This document shows, piece by piece, positions 15,705-15,811 of a DNA stretch of 15,811 nt. Where the stretch lies: positions 1-15,811 of the forward strand of contig JBIKLL010000065.1 of NCBI GenBank assembly GCA_044359815.1, given 5' to 3'. A program made the translations under genes and the position numbers. Source of the DNA: Pseudobdellovibrionaceae bacterium. Lineage in GTDB: Bacteria; Bdellovibrionota; Bdellovibrionia; Bdellovibrionales; Bdellovibrionaceae. Below the pieces are notes generated by a model that made no database searches, was not told where the DNA came from, and saw only the letters and a program-made list of their open reading frames with translations. How positions within the stretch are numbered: the first letter of the stretch is position 1; every line of letters begins with the position of its first letter.

Positions 15705-15811
<107 letters not shown>

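Overview
Bacterial chromosomal window. The gene set (MAT/tail-fibre-like adhesin, collagen-like lipoprotein, RNase Y, YkuD L,D-transpeptidase, PilZ protein) suggests Bdellovibrionota; this is an inference. Left to right it holds: (1) two convergent nucleotidyltransferase genes, one with an uncalled, coupled 35-aa ORF; (2) an AT-rich gene pair, a DUF6973-like putative lipoprotein plus a BamE-like membrane protein, that looks like an effector/immunity pair and is bracketed by a 16-bp direct repeat; (3) rny, a collagen-like lipoprotein, an L,D-transpeptidase, a PilZ protein and a secreted Cys-phosphatase; (4) a fibre-adhesin operon of one 1171-aa gene with 699-bp internal repeats and two paralogous secreted 'P[FY]A[FY]WK' proteins. 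The most striking non-coding signal is two ~260-bp fold-back elements (3724-3983 and 9426-9684) at convergent gene junctions. They share size and architecture but not arm sequence, and their arms run into the flanking genes' stop codons. Upstream of the adhesin lie a 42-bp tandem repeat, a G-quadruplex-type motif, an 18-bp perfect palindrome and a terminal (TTAG)n run that may be an artefact.
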